A stretch of 64,000 bases of DNA from a virus: the IMG/VR virus record IMGVR_UViG_3300031539_010038, positions 6,934-70,933 of that record. One strand, 5' to 3'. Below the pieces are notes generated by a model, which did no database searches, had not been told where the DNA came from, and was given only the letters and a program-made list of their open reading frames with translations. Shown here piece by piece: positions 27,950 to 37,921 of the stretch. The translations under genes and the position numbers were made by a program. Each line of letters begins with the position of its first letter. Within the stretch, counting starts at the first letter, position 1.

Positions 27950-28813
27950 ATGAATGTACACTTTGATTTAGAAACACAAGATCCAGATGATGTCCTGACT
28001 CTATGTGTATTGGCAACACATCCAAGAGTTAATCTAAGATCTGTCTCTGTCTTCCCTGGAGGAAAAGACCAGATAGGCATTGTTCGAAATGTCCTAAATA
28101 GGCTTGACCGCTCTGATGTCAAGGTTGGCGCGGAAGAGGTTCCAGATCCGGATAAACCAAGAGTTAGCGGATTTCATTATAAATGGCTCGGAAAAGTTCC
28201 CAAGGCCGATCCCGATGATGGAGCGGTTAATGTAATTAAGGATACATTAAATAAATATCCTGATTGTCGTTTGCTTACAGGAGCTGCATTAAGAAATATT
28301 AAAAAAGCAGCAAATGGTCTAGATAAAATATTTACTCATTGGACATGTCAGGGAGGGTTCGCTGGAGACAATGTAGTCCCAGAGGAAAGACGGCTTCCTA
28401 AGTTTAATGGAAAGATAATTTGCCCGACATATAACCTAAATGGGGATCCGAAAGCTGCGCTTCAGCTTCTTGAGGACAAAAGAATAACTCTTAAGCAAAT
28501 GGTGTCCAAAAACATTTGCCATGGAGTCTTTTATGACAAGGAATTTCATGCATCTTTATCTCGCGGAAAGCATGCTGGATTAGATTTGCTAATAGATGCT
28601 ATGGAGTTATATCTAGCGCGGCACAAGGACGGAAAGGCCTTGCATGATACGGTGGCGGCTGCTATAATGATAGAGCCCGAATTGGCTAAGTGGGCCAAGG
28701 GAACTCCATATCGTGAGAAGGGCATGTGGGGATTTAATGAAGATAGCCAGGGGCAGGTTTTTATTACCACTGGATTTAATAAAGAGAGTTTCTCTAAAGT
28801 TTTAGAAGAATGA
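27950..28813 (+). CDS. Nucleoside hydrolase (IU-NH family)
   Basis: DLETQDPDD, QGGF, NLNGDP, LHD. Confidence 0.85.
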   Translation: MNVHFDLETQDPDDVLTLCVLATHPRVNLRSVSVFPGGKDQIGIVRNVLNRLDRSDVKVGAEEVPDPDKPRVSGFHYKWLGKVPKADPDDGAVNVIKDTLNKYPDCRLLTGAALRNIKKAANGLDKIFTHWTCQGGFAGDNVVPEERRLPKFNGKIICPTYNLNGDPKAALQLLEDKRITLKQMVSKNICHGVFYDKEFHASLSRGKHAGLDLLIDAMELYLARHKDGKALHDTVAAAIMIEPELAKWAKGTPYREKGMWGFNEDSQGQVFITTGFNKESFSKVLEE

Positions 28814-29433
28814 TACTTGCTCTAAAATATCTGAAATTAATTTCAGATTTTGAACAAATTCAAATTGGATTTGATGCGCTTAATGCTAGCGCATTATGTC
28901 CAATGTTAGCTGGTGCGTTATCTTTATGCAGTGTTAATCTTAGAAATACGCAGCATAATTTTGCAGACTTAATACCTCTGATAATTAAAGCAAATACTAA
29001 TCAAAATCTGACAGAAATTAGAAAATGGATGATAACAGATTGGTATATCAGAAAGCATTTATTTGCTTGGGCTACTCTCGCAGGACTAGATGCTAACTAT
29101 TTAAAATACAATTCTGAAATTACCTCATTAGAGGATGCCTTAGAATTAAAGTCAAAATTACAATCTTATTGTGCTGAATATAAGCGTCTAATTTATACGG
29201 GTGAACTAAGAGATAGTTTAGATAGAATATACTCTTCATCTAAAGGGTCTTGTCCAAATATTGCATTTATTTTCGACGAACTCTATGGCATACATAGAAC
29301 CGGGGAGGCCCTAGTAGCCAAAGCTATTGATGGTATACCATCATGTCTTATGAAAGCCCACACGGAAAACACTAATAAAAAATTACAGGACAGTCTTTTC
29401 TTATTATTTAAATGTATGTGTGCGTTAAAGTAA
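28810..29433 (+). CDS. Hypothetical protein
   Basis: MILALKYL N-terminus; ATGA overlap. Confidence 0.7.
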   Translation: MILALKYLKLISDFEQIQIGFDALNASALCPMLAGALSLCSVNLRNTQHNFADLIPLIIKANTNQNLTEIRKWMITDWYIRKHLFAWATLAGLDANYLKYNSEITSLEDALELKSKLQSYCAEYKRLIYTGELRDSLDRIYSSSKGSCPNIAFIFDELYGIHRTGEALVAKAIDGIPSCLMKAHTENTNKKLQDSLFLLFKCMCALK

Positions 29434-29461
29434 AACCATGTGATTTAAATCAATTTGGTGC

Positions 29462-29490
29462 TTGACTTTTAGCATCATATCAGCTATCAT
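29462..29490 (+). promoter_or_regulatory. Sigma70-type promoter
   Basis: TTGACT-N17-TATCAT. Confidence 0.75.
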
Positions 29491-29505
29491 AGCAACAGGA
29501 GCGTC

Positions 29506-29931
29506 ATGAGTAAACAAATCGCGAACGAATGGATCAATACGTTGATTCCAAAAGGAATAACGCGGTCTGCTGCTAAAACAGCAGCCCATCTATTCTTTAA
29601 TAAATCGAAAAAGGTGCCTGTCAATCAGGCCATAGAAAATGTAAGATTTTGGGTATTTCAAATACCGAGAATTGAGTGCATTGCTAATTATGCGGTTTAT
29701 TCTGGAGCAGAAGAAGAAACTTGTAAACAATTACAGGAGTTTAAGACAAGATTCCTATTATCCATATTGGATATGACAGTGGATTCTCCAGAATCAGAAA
29801 AAGATGAAAAGTATGTAAACACTTACAAGGATTATAAGCAAGCCTTAGATTTGGTTAATAAAACCTTTCATCTGAGGTCGTCTTCTTTCATCGATGCTTT
29901 AAGTAAAATGCACATAAGTGTGGAGATATAA
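29506..29931 (+). CDS. Hypothetical protein
   Basis: AGGAG SD; directly after the promoter. Confidence 0.75.
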   Translation: MSKQIANEWINTLIPKGITRSAAKTAAHLFFNKSKKVPVNQAIENVRFWVFQIPRIECIANYAVYSGAEEETCKQLQEFKTRFLLSILDMTVDSPESEKDEKYVNTYKDYKQALDLVNKTFHLRSSSFIDALSKMHISVEI

Positions 29932-30974
29932 TGGATAAGATCAAAATGTCCTCAGAGAGCCGCATAGCACATCTTAATGAGGTTCTGGCCAGCCTCAAGA
30001 TTCCAGCGGATTGTGTTGCATACAACAATAATAGGCATTTTAGTTATTATGATCTTGAATTAAAGCCCGGTTGTAGGGTAAAGAAGATTCATAATCTATC
30101 CTCAGAGATTGCATTGGCCGTTAAATCTAGAACGGAGCCAATTATTAAGACCATCCCAGAAAAGGGAATTGTACGATTGCAAATGATCCATGACGAGCCA
30201 GAGACAATTCCGTTGTCAGAGATTATGGAAACACCACCAACCAAGGCTGGCTTACCATTTCTTTTTGGAATGACGGAGGAAGCGTCCTCTCTTTGGGTTA
30301 ATATGGTAGATAATCCACATCTGTTGGTTGCAGGAGCCACCAATTCAGGCAAAAGCGTTACTTTGCATACTATAATTAAAAATGCGCTAGATAAGTCTAA
30401 TGTGGATATATATTTAGTGGATACTAAGAAGGTTGAATTTCAAGTTTATACTAATCCTAAAATTAGGAATAGAATTCACAAGGTGGCTAATAGCCAAACG
30501 TCTGCTATTGCAACTCTTTCATTTTTGTGTGACATGATGGAGCAGCGATATGAGACGATGGCTCAACTTAACTACGTTAATATAGAACAATGTTCTACTC
30601 TTTTCAACAGAACTCTTGTTGTTATGGACGAAGTAGCCGATCTCATGGTCAATGACAAGCAAAAGGTATTCGAGAATTACGTGGTTCGGTTGGCTCAGAA
30701 GGGACGCGCATGCGGCATATACCTAGTATTAGCCACTCAGAGGCCCAGTGTCAATGTCTTGACCGGATTAATCAAAGCTAATTTCCCTGCTCGTATGGCC
30801 TGTCGTGTCGCAACAGGGATAGACTCCAAGGTAATCCTTGATCAAACCGGGGCTCAGAACCTGATAGGGAAGGGAGACGCTCTCTTTCTGTCTCCTGAGC
30901 AGGATCTCGTGCGGCTCCAGGTGGCGTTCACAAATCCAGAAGACACCGTAAAGGACTACCTGGCCCGTGTGTGA
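29931..30974 (+). CDS. ftsK: FtsK/SpoIIIE-family ATPase (motor domain only)
   Basis: PHLLVAGATNSGKS, VMDEVADL, LAQKGRACGI..LATQRPS, IKANFPAR, LIGKGD. Confidence 0.92.
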   Translation: MDKIKMSSESRIAHLNEVLASLKIPADCVAYNNNRHFSYYDLELKPGCRVKKIHNLSSEIALAVKSRTEPIIKTIPEKGIVRLQMIHDEPETIPLSEIMETPPTKAGLPFLFGMTEEASSLWVNMVDNPHLLVAGATNSGKSVTLHTIIKNALDKSNVDIYLVDTKKVEFQVYTNPKIRNRIHKVANSQTSAIATLSFLCDMMEQRYETMAQLNYVNIEQCSTLFNRTLVVMDEVADLMVNDKQKVFENYVVRLAQKGRACGIYLVLATQRPSVNVLTGLIKANFPARMACRVATGIDSKVILDQTGAQNLIGKGDALFLSPEQDLVRLQVAFTNPEDTVKDYLARV

Positions 30975-30980
30975 TTTCTT

Positions 30981-31235
30981 ATGAAAATTTACAATTTTCA
31001 TAAGAAGTATTTATTAGTAATAATAGACAAAACTTCAGATAAAATACGGACAAAAGGTTGCCATTGTGAAATGTATGACAGAGCCTTTATAGAAAAATTG
31101 CTAGGAAGAATCTATGTAAACTCAAGCTGTTATATTTCTGATAATGATTGGTACTTCGACGCGGGTACGTTCCAATACCATCATCATATGGATTTTGTGA
31201 ACAGAATTCATAGAGCAAATAAAACTATCCCATAG
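30981..31235 (+). CDS. Small protein, HxKY N-terminal family
   Basis: MKIYNFHKKYLL. Confidence 0.65.
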   Translation: MKIYNFHKKYLLVIIDKTSDKIRTKGCHCEMYDRAFIEKLLGRIYVNSSCYISDNDWYFDAGTFQYHHHMDFVNRIHRANKTIP

Positions 31236-31264
31236 AGGCGGGGAATCTAAGGGCCTAAAAAGAA

Positions 31265-31552
31265 ATGAAACTATACAATCTTCATAAGAAGTATATAGAT
31301 ATTCTTGTTAATAAAACAGATTTTTATTTTATGCCCCAGCATTTTTGCTTTTCAAGTTGGAAAAAAGAAGATGCCTGCCAAAAACAAATTAAGTTGATTT
31401 ATATTTTTTATGGAAAAGTTAAAATGGTAAGCTGCTGCTTAGACGGAGGACCCACTAGGAAGTATCAGTGGCCAAGGGATTATGGTTATATTTCTGATAT
31501 TATCAAAAATAGCAATAAATTATTAGAAAAAAAAAAGAAAAAAAGAGAATAA
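31265..31552 (+). CDS. Small protein, HxKY N-terminal family
   Basis: MKLYNLHKKYID. Confidence 0.65.
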   Translation: MKLYNLHKKYIDILVNKTDFYFMPQHFCFSSWKKEDACQKQIKLIYIFYGKVKMVSCCLDGGPTRKYQWPRDYGYISDIIKNSNKLLEKKKKKRE

Positions 31553-31561
31553 AAGAAAAGT

Positions 31562-33043
31562 ATGAATATAATAGAAAGAATAAATACATATCCGGATAAA
31601 TTTTCGCCGGAACATATTCCTGAATTAGCGGTCGACTTAGTATCTCACTTTGACGATCGTTTGCGTTATTTGTCACAGAAGGCATTTAATTCGGAGGGAA
31701 CAAGCCGAGACCTGGCTCATCGGGCGTTCCGAGAGATGGCTTACCAGAGCTTCTCAAGAGCTTTAGATACCTTTCTGTTTACGTATCAGCACTGGAGGGA
31801 CAACAGGGACGTAGCGCCCTACATGATGTCCGTAATCAATAGATTACAAACAAAAACCTCCTTAGAATTACAAGGAATTTCATTTCAACCAAGATTAATT
31901 TGCACTGCGTGTAAACACTTCGGATTAAAAGAGGTGTTATTCTCTGAAGGAGATACTCTACGTTGTAATTATTGCGTGCAAAAGGTAGAAATTCTTACAA
32001 ATGTAATTAAGGATGATTCTCTTAAACCAATTATTCGTTCGAGAATAGAGACAGAATTAGAATTAAGAAGCAAATTTGCAAGACATTCTAAAAAAGGACA
32101 TAAATGTCCGGACTGCTCTAAATTTATACCAGAGTCCGTAAAAAAAGAGCACATAATTTGTTGTCCTTATCCTGACTGTATCTTTTTTGATAATCAAAAT
32201 GATCTAGAAACGATGAGTCATCCCTCATCTTTAATGTCTTCATCTAATTTATCTTTGGACGAACCATTCAAAAAGTCTGGAGATGAGGGAAACGAAGGCT
32301 CCTTGTTGGATGTAAAGCTAAATAACATAAGCTTTTCGACAGATAGCCCTGAGGATTTTTTCTCTATAAAAGAAGTTCTCCAATTAGAGATTGGGGCGAT
32401 AAATGATGTCATCAATGAGCAAGTTGCTGCTGTGAATCGTTCTGGGCATACATCAACAATGATTCAAAAGCTTATAATGTACGAAGCTTTTAAGCAAGCA
32501 ATAGCTAACGATCCGGAAGGAATGATATCATATTTAGCTCATACAGAATCTCCTCCGCAAAGAACCTCCATTCAGGCAAGAATATTCCAAGAATATGTAA
32601 AGATAATGGAGAACTATCTTCCATTCACAATGAAACGAGGAGATAGATCTATTGATATAGTAGATCTTACAGACCCTAATTTAGCACTGTTCGAGGGTCT
32701 TAGTTCATATGAAGCAACGGTAAATAAAAATAACATTATTCCGAACAATACAAAAGAGCAATATATAGGTAAAAGAAAGTATAAAAAGTATGGAGCATGC
32801 TTTATAGGTAAGCTAATAGATGTAAAAAATAGCAAAGAGCAGTCTTTAATGCCTTATGTTATAGAATATGACTTCAATTCAATAACGATGGATCCCACAG
32901 TTACTCCTGGAGAAGAAGTAACTGTAACACATTACAGAATTTTATCTCATTATCAAATGAATTCTATGGTCTTCTTGCAAAGAATAAGAAGATCTATAGT
33001 AGATAAAGTATATTTTAAGCTTAATAAAAGCAAAAGAAAATGA
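31562..33043 (+). CDS. Large Zn-ribbon protein, possibly a divergent sigma factor
   Basis: Region-2-like AYQSFSRALDTF...APYM; CTAC/CNYC and CPDC/CPYPDC; region-3-like SLDEPF....LLD. Confidence 0.6.
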   Translation: MNIIERINTYPDKFSPEHIPELAVDLVSHFDDRLRYLSQKAFNSEGTSRDLAHRAFREMAYQSFSRALDTFLFTYQHWRDNRDVAPYMMSVINRLQTKTSLELQGISFQPRLICTACKHFGLKEVLFSEGDTLRCNYCVQKVEILTNVIKDDSLKPIIRSRIETELELRSKFARHSKKGHKCPDCSKFIPESVKKEHIICCPYPDCIFFDNQNDLETMSHPSSLMSSSNLSLDEPFKKSGDEGNEGSLLDVKLNNISFSTDSPEDFFSIKEVLQLEIGAINDVINEQVAAVNRSGHTSTMIQKLIMYEAFKQAIANDPEGMISYLAHTESPPQRTSIQARIFQEYVKIMENYLPFTMKRGDRSIDIVDLTDPNLALFEGLSSYEATVNKNNIIPNNTKEQYIGKRKYKKYGACFIGKLIDVKNSKEQSLMPYVIEYDFNSITMDPTVTPGEEVTVTHYRILSHYQMNSMVFLQRIRRSIVDKVYFKLNKSKRK

Positions 33044-33333
33044 TAACGGAAGATATTTGGCATGAAAACGGTATCGAAAAAAAAGCCTACGCATTTAAAA
33101 ATGAAAAATCACAGTATCATCGAGTCGATGGACCGGCAATATTTTACTCTGATTGTTTATGCGAAGAATACTTCCTAAATGGCAGGCGGCATAATCTCAA
33201 TGGTCCAGCCAGAAGGTTAGATGCAAAATGCGAATCTGAAGAAGATATGAGAAAAGCACACTATGTATATGGAATACAATTAAATAAAAAATATGTAACA
33301 GCATTAAAGGAATTATATGAAAACAAAAAGTAG
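33040..33333 (+). CDS. Phage HRxDGPA-repeat protein
   Basis: HRVDGPA and HNLNGPA. Confidence 0.7.
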   Translation: MITEDIWHENGIEKKAYAFKNEKSQYHRVDGPAIFYSDCLCEEYFLNGRRHNLNGPARRLDAKCESEEDMRKAHYVYGIQLNKKYVTALKELYENKK

Positions 33334-33745
33334 TTTTGATATCAGTGATTTTAGCAAGAAATTAGAAACCGCAGCAGCGGGAGCTAAGAAGCATATGGAG
33401 GCTGATAAGATGAATTGGAGAAATTATTTCCTTCTAAAGGAATTCTCACGTCCAGAAGATCTCTTCAATGAAGTAAAACTAGCATTTTTAAATATGGCAG
33501 TCAAGACAAATATAAGACTGTATACATCAGTGGTCTACAAAACATTAGCCTCCACATTAGATTGGGATAACAATGATACCGTGAAAAATCTGACGACTTA
33601 TATGTCTTCTAGTAAATGTATTTTTGCGGGGAATAATGACAGCGCAGTCGTCGGAATAATTGATAGTTACAATCAAGCAAACTACACAATATGGTCTTTA
33701 GATAAAGAGCTTAGCGAAAAGTTATGTAAGGAACTTGAAAAATAA
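33317..33745 (+). CDS. Hypothetical protein
   Basis: ORF; C-terminal IWSL also present in the next ORF. Confidence 0.7.
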   Translation: MKTKSSFDISDFSKKLETAAAGAKKHMEADKMNWRNYFLLKEFSRPEDLFNEVKLAFLNMAVKTNIRLYTSVVYKTLASTLDWDNNDTVKNLTTYMSSSKCIFAGNNDSAVVGIIDSYNQANYTIWSLDKELSEKLCKELEK

Positions 33746-34113
33746 TGCTGATAAATTTAGATCATCCGACGCTTTCTGACTTCTTTGCAAAAAATACTTA
33801 TAAGTCAATGTTTATTGATGTAAGTGTTGGTTTTAGAAAGGCCGCGAGTAGCCTAAATAGAAAATTACACTATTATAGTTGTCATGGTGATGGCATTAAA
33901 TTAGAAAGTATGATAAAAGCTTTAGAAGAAGCAGAAGGAAGAGTCATATTATCTAATGATATTTTGGGAAGTAATCTTAATTTTGTTAGATTTAGCAACT
34001 CCACCGTTATTTTATCGGACAAATTTTGTTGTATATGGTCTCTTAGAGACGATGAATATGAAAATTTATTAAAAATCGCTGATAGCGAAGGATATATTAA
34101 TTCAATTAAGTAG
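33745..34113 (+). CDS. Hypothetical protein
   Basis: TAATG overlap. Confidence 0.7.
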   Translation: MLINLDHPTLSDFFAKNTYKSMFIDVSVGFRKAASSLNRKLHYYSCHGDGIKLESMIKALEEAEGRVILSNDILGSNLNFVRFSNSTVILSDKFCCIWSLRDDEYENLLKIADSEGYINSIK

Positions 34114-34136
34114 TAATTCTAGATTTTAGGAGATGA

Positions 34137-35027
34137 ATGTCAAAATGGAGACCAGCGGAATTAAATTGTTTATATGTAATACCTGATATACATGGACAAG
34201 TATCCTTATTAAATAAGGTTTTGAAAAGAATACTTCCATTAAGAAAAAGCGATGGAGGTCAAGACCAGCTTATTTTTCTAGGTGATTATGTTGATCGGCA
34301 TGCAGATAGCCATCTTGTTCTTGATAAAATAATAGAACTTAAGAAAAAATATCCAACTCAGGTTCAATGCATTCGTGGAAATCACGAAAGCATGATGCAG
34401 GAGAACTGTAAATCAGGAAATGATCCGGTTTTAAATGATATTTTTAGAGTCTGGTTAAACAACGGAGGGTCATTAACCCTCATTGGATATATGGACAGGG
34501 TTGGAAAGGCTTCCAACCCTTTTCTTTTGCCCAGAAATCGGGTAAAGGACTATGTTCCAAAAGAACATATTGAATTCTTAGAAAATGATTTAATAGATTA
34601 TTATTGTTATAAAGACTTTATTTTTGTCCATGGTGGAATGAATCCAAACATTGCGCTAGAAGCTCACAGCATAGATACGCTTCATTGGGATCGGTCTTTG
34701 GTGCGAAATATATTAAAGCATATCGGGTACGCTAAGTCCCCAGGATTGATTCGGAGACATGGAATTGAAGAACAGAAAGAACCTGAATTTGTTATTGATT
34801 GGGAGAAAACAATTATTACAGGTCATAACGGTGGGGTAACTGGAGGCAAGCCTATCATAGCTGATAGGTATATGATGCTCGATGCTGGGGCTCCAAAACG
34901 ATTGCTCGTCGCTGAGCTTAATTCTATGGAGGCCTTTATGGCTTACCCAGATAAAGATCGGTTGGTAAAGTATCCGTTAAATGAGACGACTCGCGAGACT
35001 TTAATGAATCCTGAAGAGACTCGATAA
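34137..35027 (+). CDS. Ser/Thr protein phosphatase-like metallophosphoesterase
   Basis: PDIHG, GDYVDR, RGNHE, W..NGG, FVHGG, TGH. Confidence 0.9.
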   Translation: MSKWRPAELNCLYVIPDIHGQVSLLNKVLKRILPLRKSDGGQDQLIFLGDYVDRHADSHLVLDKIIELKKKYPTQVQCIRGNHESMMQENCKSGNDPVLNDIFRVWLNNGGSLTLIGYMDRVGKASNPFLLPRNRVKDYVPKEHIEFLENDLIDYYCYKDFIFVHGGMNPNIALEAHSIDTLHWDRSLVRNILKHIGYAKSPGLIRRHGIEEQKEPEFVIDWEKTIITGHNGGVTGGKPIIADRYMMLDAGAPKRLLVAELNSMEAFMAYPDKDRLVKYPLNETTRETLMNPEETR

Positions 35028-35385
35028 TCACAGGAAATATATCAGCTAGTTCTTCAAATAGGATCCATCGCCGCTGCATCAATTTGTAACATTGGTAGTA
35101 GCTGCTTTGAGCCAAAGCATCGTAATACTCAGGAGATGCTCCATTCAATGTTGCTGGGAAAATACTACGAACAAATAGGATCCAATCGGCCAAATGTTGA
35201 AAACTTTGGAATTTATGATCAGATAATGCTTGATAATATTTTAATGTCAAAGAATCTTTAGATAAGTCATGTTTTACTGGAGTAGCAAAGACGTTCAATA
35301 TATAGCTTTTTGTTTCCTCCTTACATTTTGGAAATATTATTCGTTCATATAGATAGTATTCTAAAGACTCAGAATTGTTTATCAT
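34936..35385 (-). CDS. Conserved hypothetical helical protein
   Basis: LADWILF..SIFP...YY..LAQSSY...LFEELA pattern recalled from a bacterial hypothetical family. Confidence 0.65.
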   Translation of the reverse strand: MINNSESLEYYLYERIIFPKCKEETKSYILNVFATPVKHDLSKDSLTLKYYQALSDHKFQSFQHLADWILFVRSIFPATLNGASPEYYDALAQSSYYQCYKLMQRRWILFEELADIFPVIIESLQDSLKSRESSHLTDTLPTDLYLGKP

Positions 35386-35458
35386 ATTAACTTGCCGATT
35401 TATTGATATTTATGGCATGCTTGTTCGAGTCCACGCGCGTGTCTATACATAGACACGT

Positions 35459-37603
35459 ATGAAAAAAGCGCTGATCATAGTAGAATCGCCTGCAAAAATT
35501 AAAACGATCCAAAAATATCTGGGTCAGGACTATGTTATACGTGCAAGTGTAGGACATATAGCAGATTTATCTACTGATGGAAAATATGGTTTGGGCGTAG
35601 ACCTTGATCAAGAATATAAACCAAAATACGTTATTTTATCTGATAAGAAAGATAAGCTTCAGTCTATTCTTGATGCAGCCACGGAGGTTGCCGAAATATA
35701 TTTAGCAACTGATGAGGATAGAGAGGGAGAGGCCATAGCCTGGCATCTTTATGAACGTCTAAAGAAATTTAATAAGCCAATTAGACGAGTCTTTTTTAAA
35801 GAGATTACCAAATCTGGCATTGAAAAAGGGATGGCTGAGGCCGGTGACTTGAATAAGGACATATTCGATGCCCAGCAAGCCCGGAGGGTTTTAGATAGAA
35901 TCGTAGGATTTCTAGTATCGCCTTTTGTAATTAAATTTCTAGGCCCCAATCTTTCTGCTGGCCGAGTCCAATCGGTAGCACTCAAGATGGTAGTAGATAG
36001 AGAAAAGGATGTTTTAAAATTTAAACCAGAAGAATATTGGAATATATTAGCAAATGTTACCAAGGATATCCCAAAGAATAAATTTATAGTTAAGTATCCA
36101 AAAAGAATAAATAATCAGGAAGAGGCCTTCAAGATAAAGAAAGAGCTTGAGTCTGGCAAGTTGATTATAACTGATCTTGTTGAGGTAGAAAAAAAGAAGA
36201 ATCCTTATCCTCCTTTTATAACATATAGTCTTGCAGCTACAGCAGCGGGAAGATACAAGTTTACTGCCGCTAGAACAATGAAAGCAGCACAGAGCTTATA
36301 TGAATCTGGTCTCATAACATATATGAGAACAGACAGCTTGAGAACCTCCAATGAGGCCATCGTAAGCTGCCGTGCGTGGTTAGCTACCAATAAGCATGAT
36401 ATGCCAGACAAGCCTAATATCTACCCTTCAGGCAAGGGACAAGATGCTCATGAAGCTATTCGTCCGACAGACATAAATAAACTGCCAAGCGAGATGTACT
36501 CAACACCAGATGAGCAAAGATTATACAAACTTATCTGGGAAAGATTTGTGGCATCGCAGATGAATCCAGCGTTATATGATACAGTAGGGGTTACGATAAC
36601 AAGCACAGACAAACACATATTAAAAGCCAATGGTAGAGTCTTAAAATATAAAGGATGGCTTGAGATATCACAAGATCTAGATAAAAATGATGATGATGAT
36701 ACTCAGTTGCCGGTTCTTAAGATTAATGATAATCTTCTCTTTACTCCACCAGGAGTAAAAGCTGATAAAAAGAAGACCCAGCCACCTCCTAGATTTAGTG
36801 AGAAAACACTTATAAAAGAATTAAAAAATAAAGATATAGGAAGACCTAGCACGTATGCAAGTATTATGAGCAAAATTACCGATAGGAATTATGCTACCAG
36901 AAAGTCTGACATGCTTATCCCATCTGATCTTGGTATATCTGTAATTGATAAGCTTGGAGATTTCTTTGATTTCATGGATTACTCTTATACAGCAGAAATG
37001 GAAAATAAATTAGATGAGATCGCTGCTGGGAATCTGAAATATGCAGACATGCTGGATGACTTTTATAAGCCTTTTGAAAAACAGCTCAAAGAAGCCTATG
37101 CATCAAATCAAGTAGATTATGGGCATAGATGTAAAAGTTGCCAAAGCAATATGTATCTTCAACATGGTAAATTTGGTTACTATATGGCTTGTGTCAATTA
37201 TCCTGCCTGCAAAACCACATTCAGCGTTGAACTTCTTGACGGCAAGCCGGTTCTCCCAGCCTCTCAAGAGACGGTTCATGGAGTTCATTGCCCAAAATGC
37301 AATGACGCCATGAGAAGAAAGGGAGGAGAATTTGGCCCCTTCTTTTCCTGCGTCAATTACCCCAAATGTTTTGGATCAAGAAAAATACCGTTTGGCAAGC
37401 CTTGCAACAAATGTGGAGAAGATCTATATGCTACAAAATTTGATGGAGAATTAAAATTAGCATGCATGGCCTATCCTAATTGTAGAAATGTGGAAGCTCT
37501 GCCAGAAGGAGCTAAAGTAGACTGGATTTCTCCAGATAAATTAGATCGGACCAAGGGCCTGAGCAAAAAGATGAAAAAAATATTAACAAGGAGAAATAAG
37601 TGA
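35459..37603 (+). CDS. topA: DNA topoisomerase I (type IA) with C-terminal Zn ribbons
   Basis: LIIVESPAK, ATDEDREGE, SAGRVQS, LITYMRTDS, QDAHEAIRPT, IGRPSTY; three C4 ribbons. Confidence 0.97.
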   Translation: MKKALIIVESPAKIKTIQKYLGQDYVIRASVGHIADLSTDGKYGLGVDLDQEYKPKYVILSDKKDKLQSILDAATEVAEIYLATDEDREGEAIAWHLYERLKKFNKPIRRVFFKEITKSGIEKGMAEAGDLNKDIFDAQQARRVLDRIVGFLVSPFVIKFLGPNLSAGRVQSVALKMVVDREKDVLKFKPEEYWNILANVTKDIPKNKFIVKYPKRINNQEEAFKIKKELESGKLIITDLVEVEKKKNPYPPFITYSLAATAAGRYKFTAARTMKAAQSLYESGLITYMRTDSLRTSNEAIVSCRAWLATNKHDMPDKPNIYPSGKGQDAHEAIRPTDINKLPSEMYSTPDEQRLYKLIWERFVASQMNPALYDTVGVTITSTDKHILKANGRVLKYKGWLEISQDLDKNDDDDTQLPVLKINDNLLFTPPGVKADKKKTQPPPRFSEKTLIKELKNKDIGRPSTYASIMSKITDRNYATRKSDMLIPSDLGISVIDKLGDFFDFMDYSYTAEMENKLDEIAAGNLKYADMLDDFYKPFEKQLKEAYASNQVDYGHRCKSCQSNMYLQHGKFGYYMACVNYPACKTTFSVELLDGKPVLPASQETVHGVHCPKCNDAMRRKGGEFGPFFSCVNYPKCFGSRKIPFGKPCNKCGEDLYATKFDGELKLACMAYPNCRNVEALPEGAKVDWISPDKLDRTKGLSKKMKKILTRRNK

Positions 37604-37887
37604 ATTATAATGAAGCGATAAAGAAAACAACCAAGGAATATTTGGATCATTTCCAGAATTCAATGGAGGAATGTAATTCTATAGAAGAATATTATGATTT
37701 GGTTATGTCAATAATAATATTTAGTAATTTAACTATTCACCATCTTAAAGATCTTTCTAGCCCTGATCTTCCCAAAGAAGAAATTGAAATTAAGGTGATG
37801 GATTTACTTATAAATGCCAAAGAAATTTCGATAGAAATAATGAATAACTCTAAAGAAGAAGAGGGTCGAGATCTTCGACTAAACTGA
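37600..37887 (+). CDS. Hypothetical protein
   Basis: GTG start with AGGAG SD. Confidence 0.6.
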   Translation: MNYNEAIKKTTKEYLDHFQNSMEECNSIEEYYDLVMSIIIFSNLTIHHLKDLSSPDLPKEEIEIKVMDLLINAKEISIEIMNNSKEEEGRDLRLN

Positions 37888-37921
37888 AAGAACATAAACT
37901 GAAAGAACATAAAATGAAAAG
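37880..37921 (+). repeat. 15-bp tandem repeat upstream of rpsU
   Basis: TAAACTGAAAGAACA x2 plus degenerate TAAAATGAAAAG containing the rpsU ATG. Confidence 0.8.
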
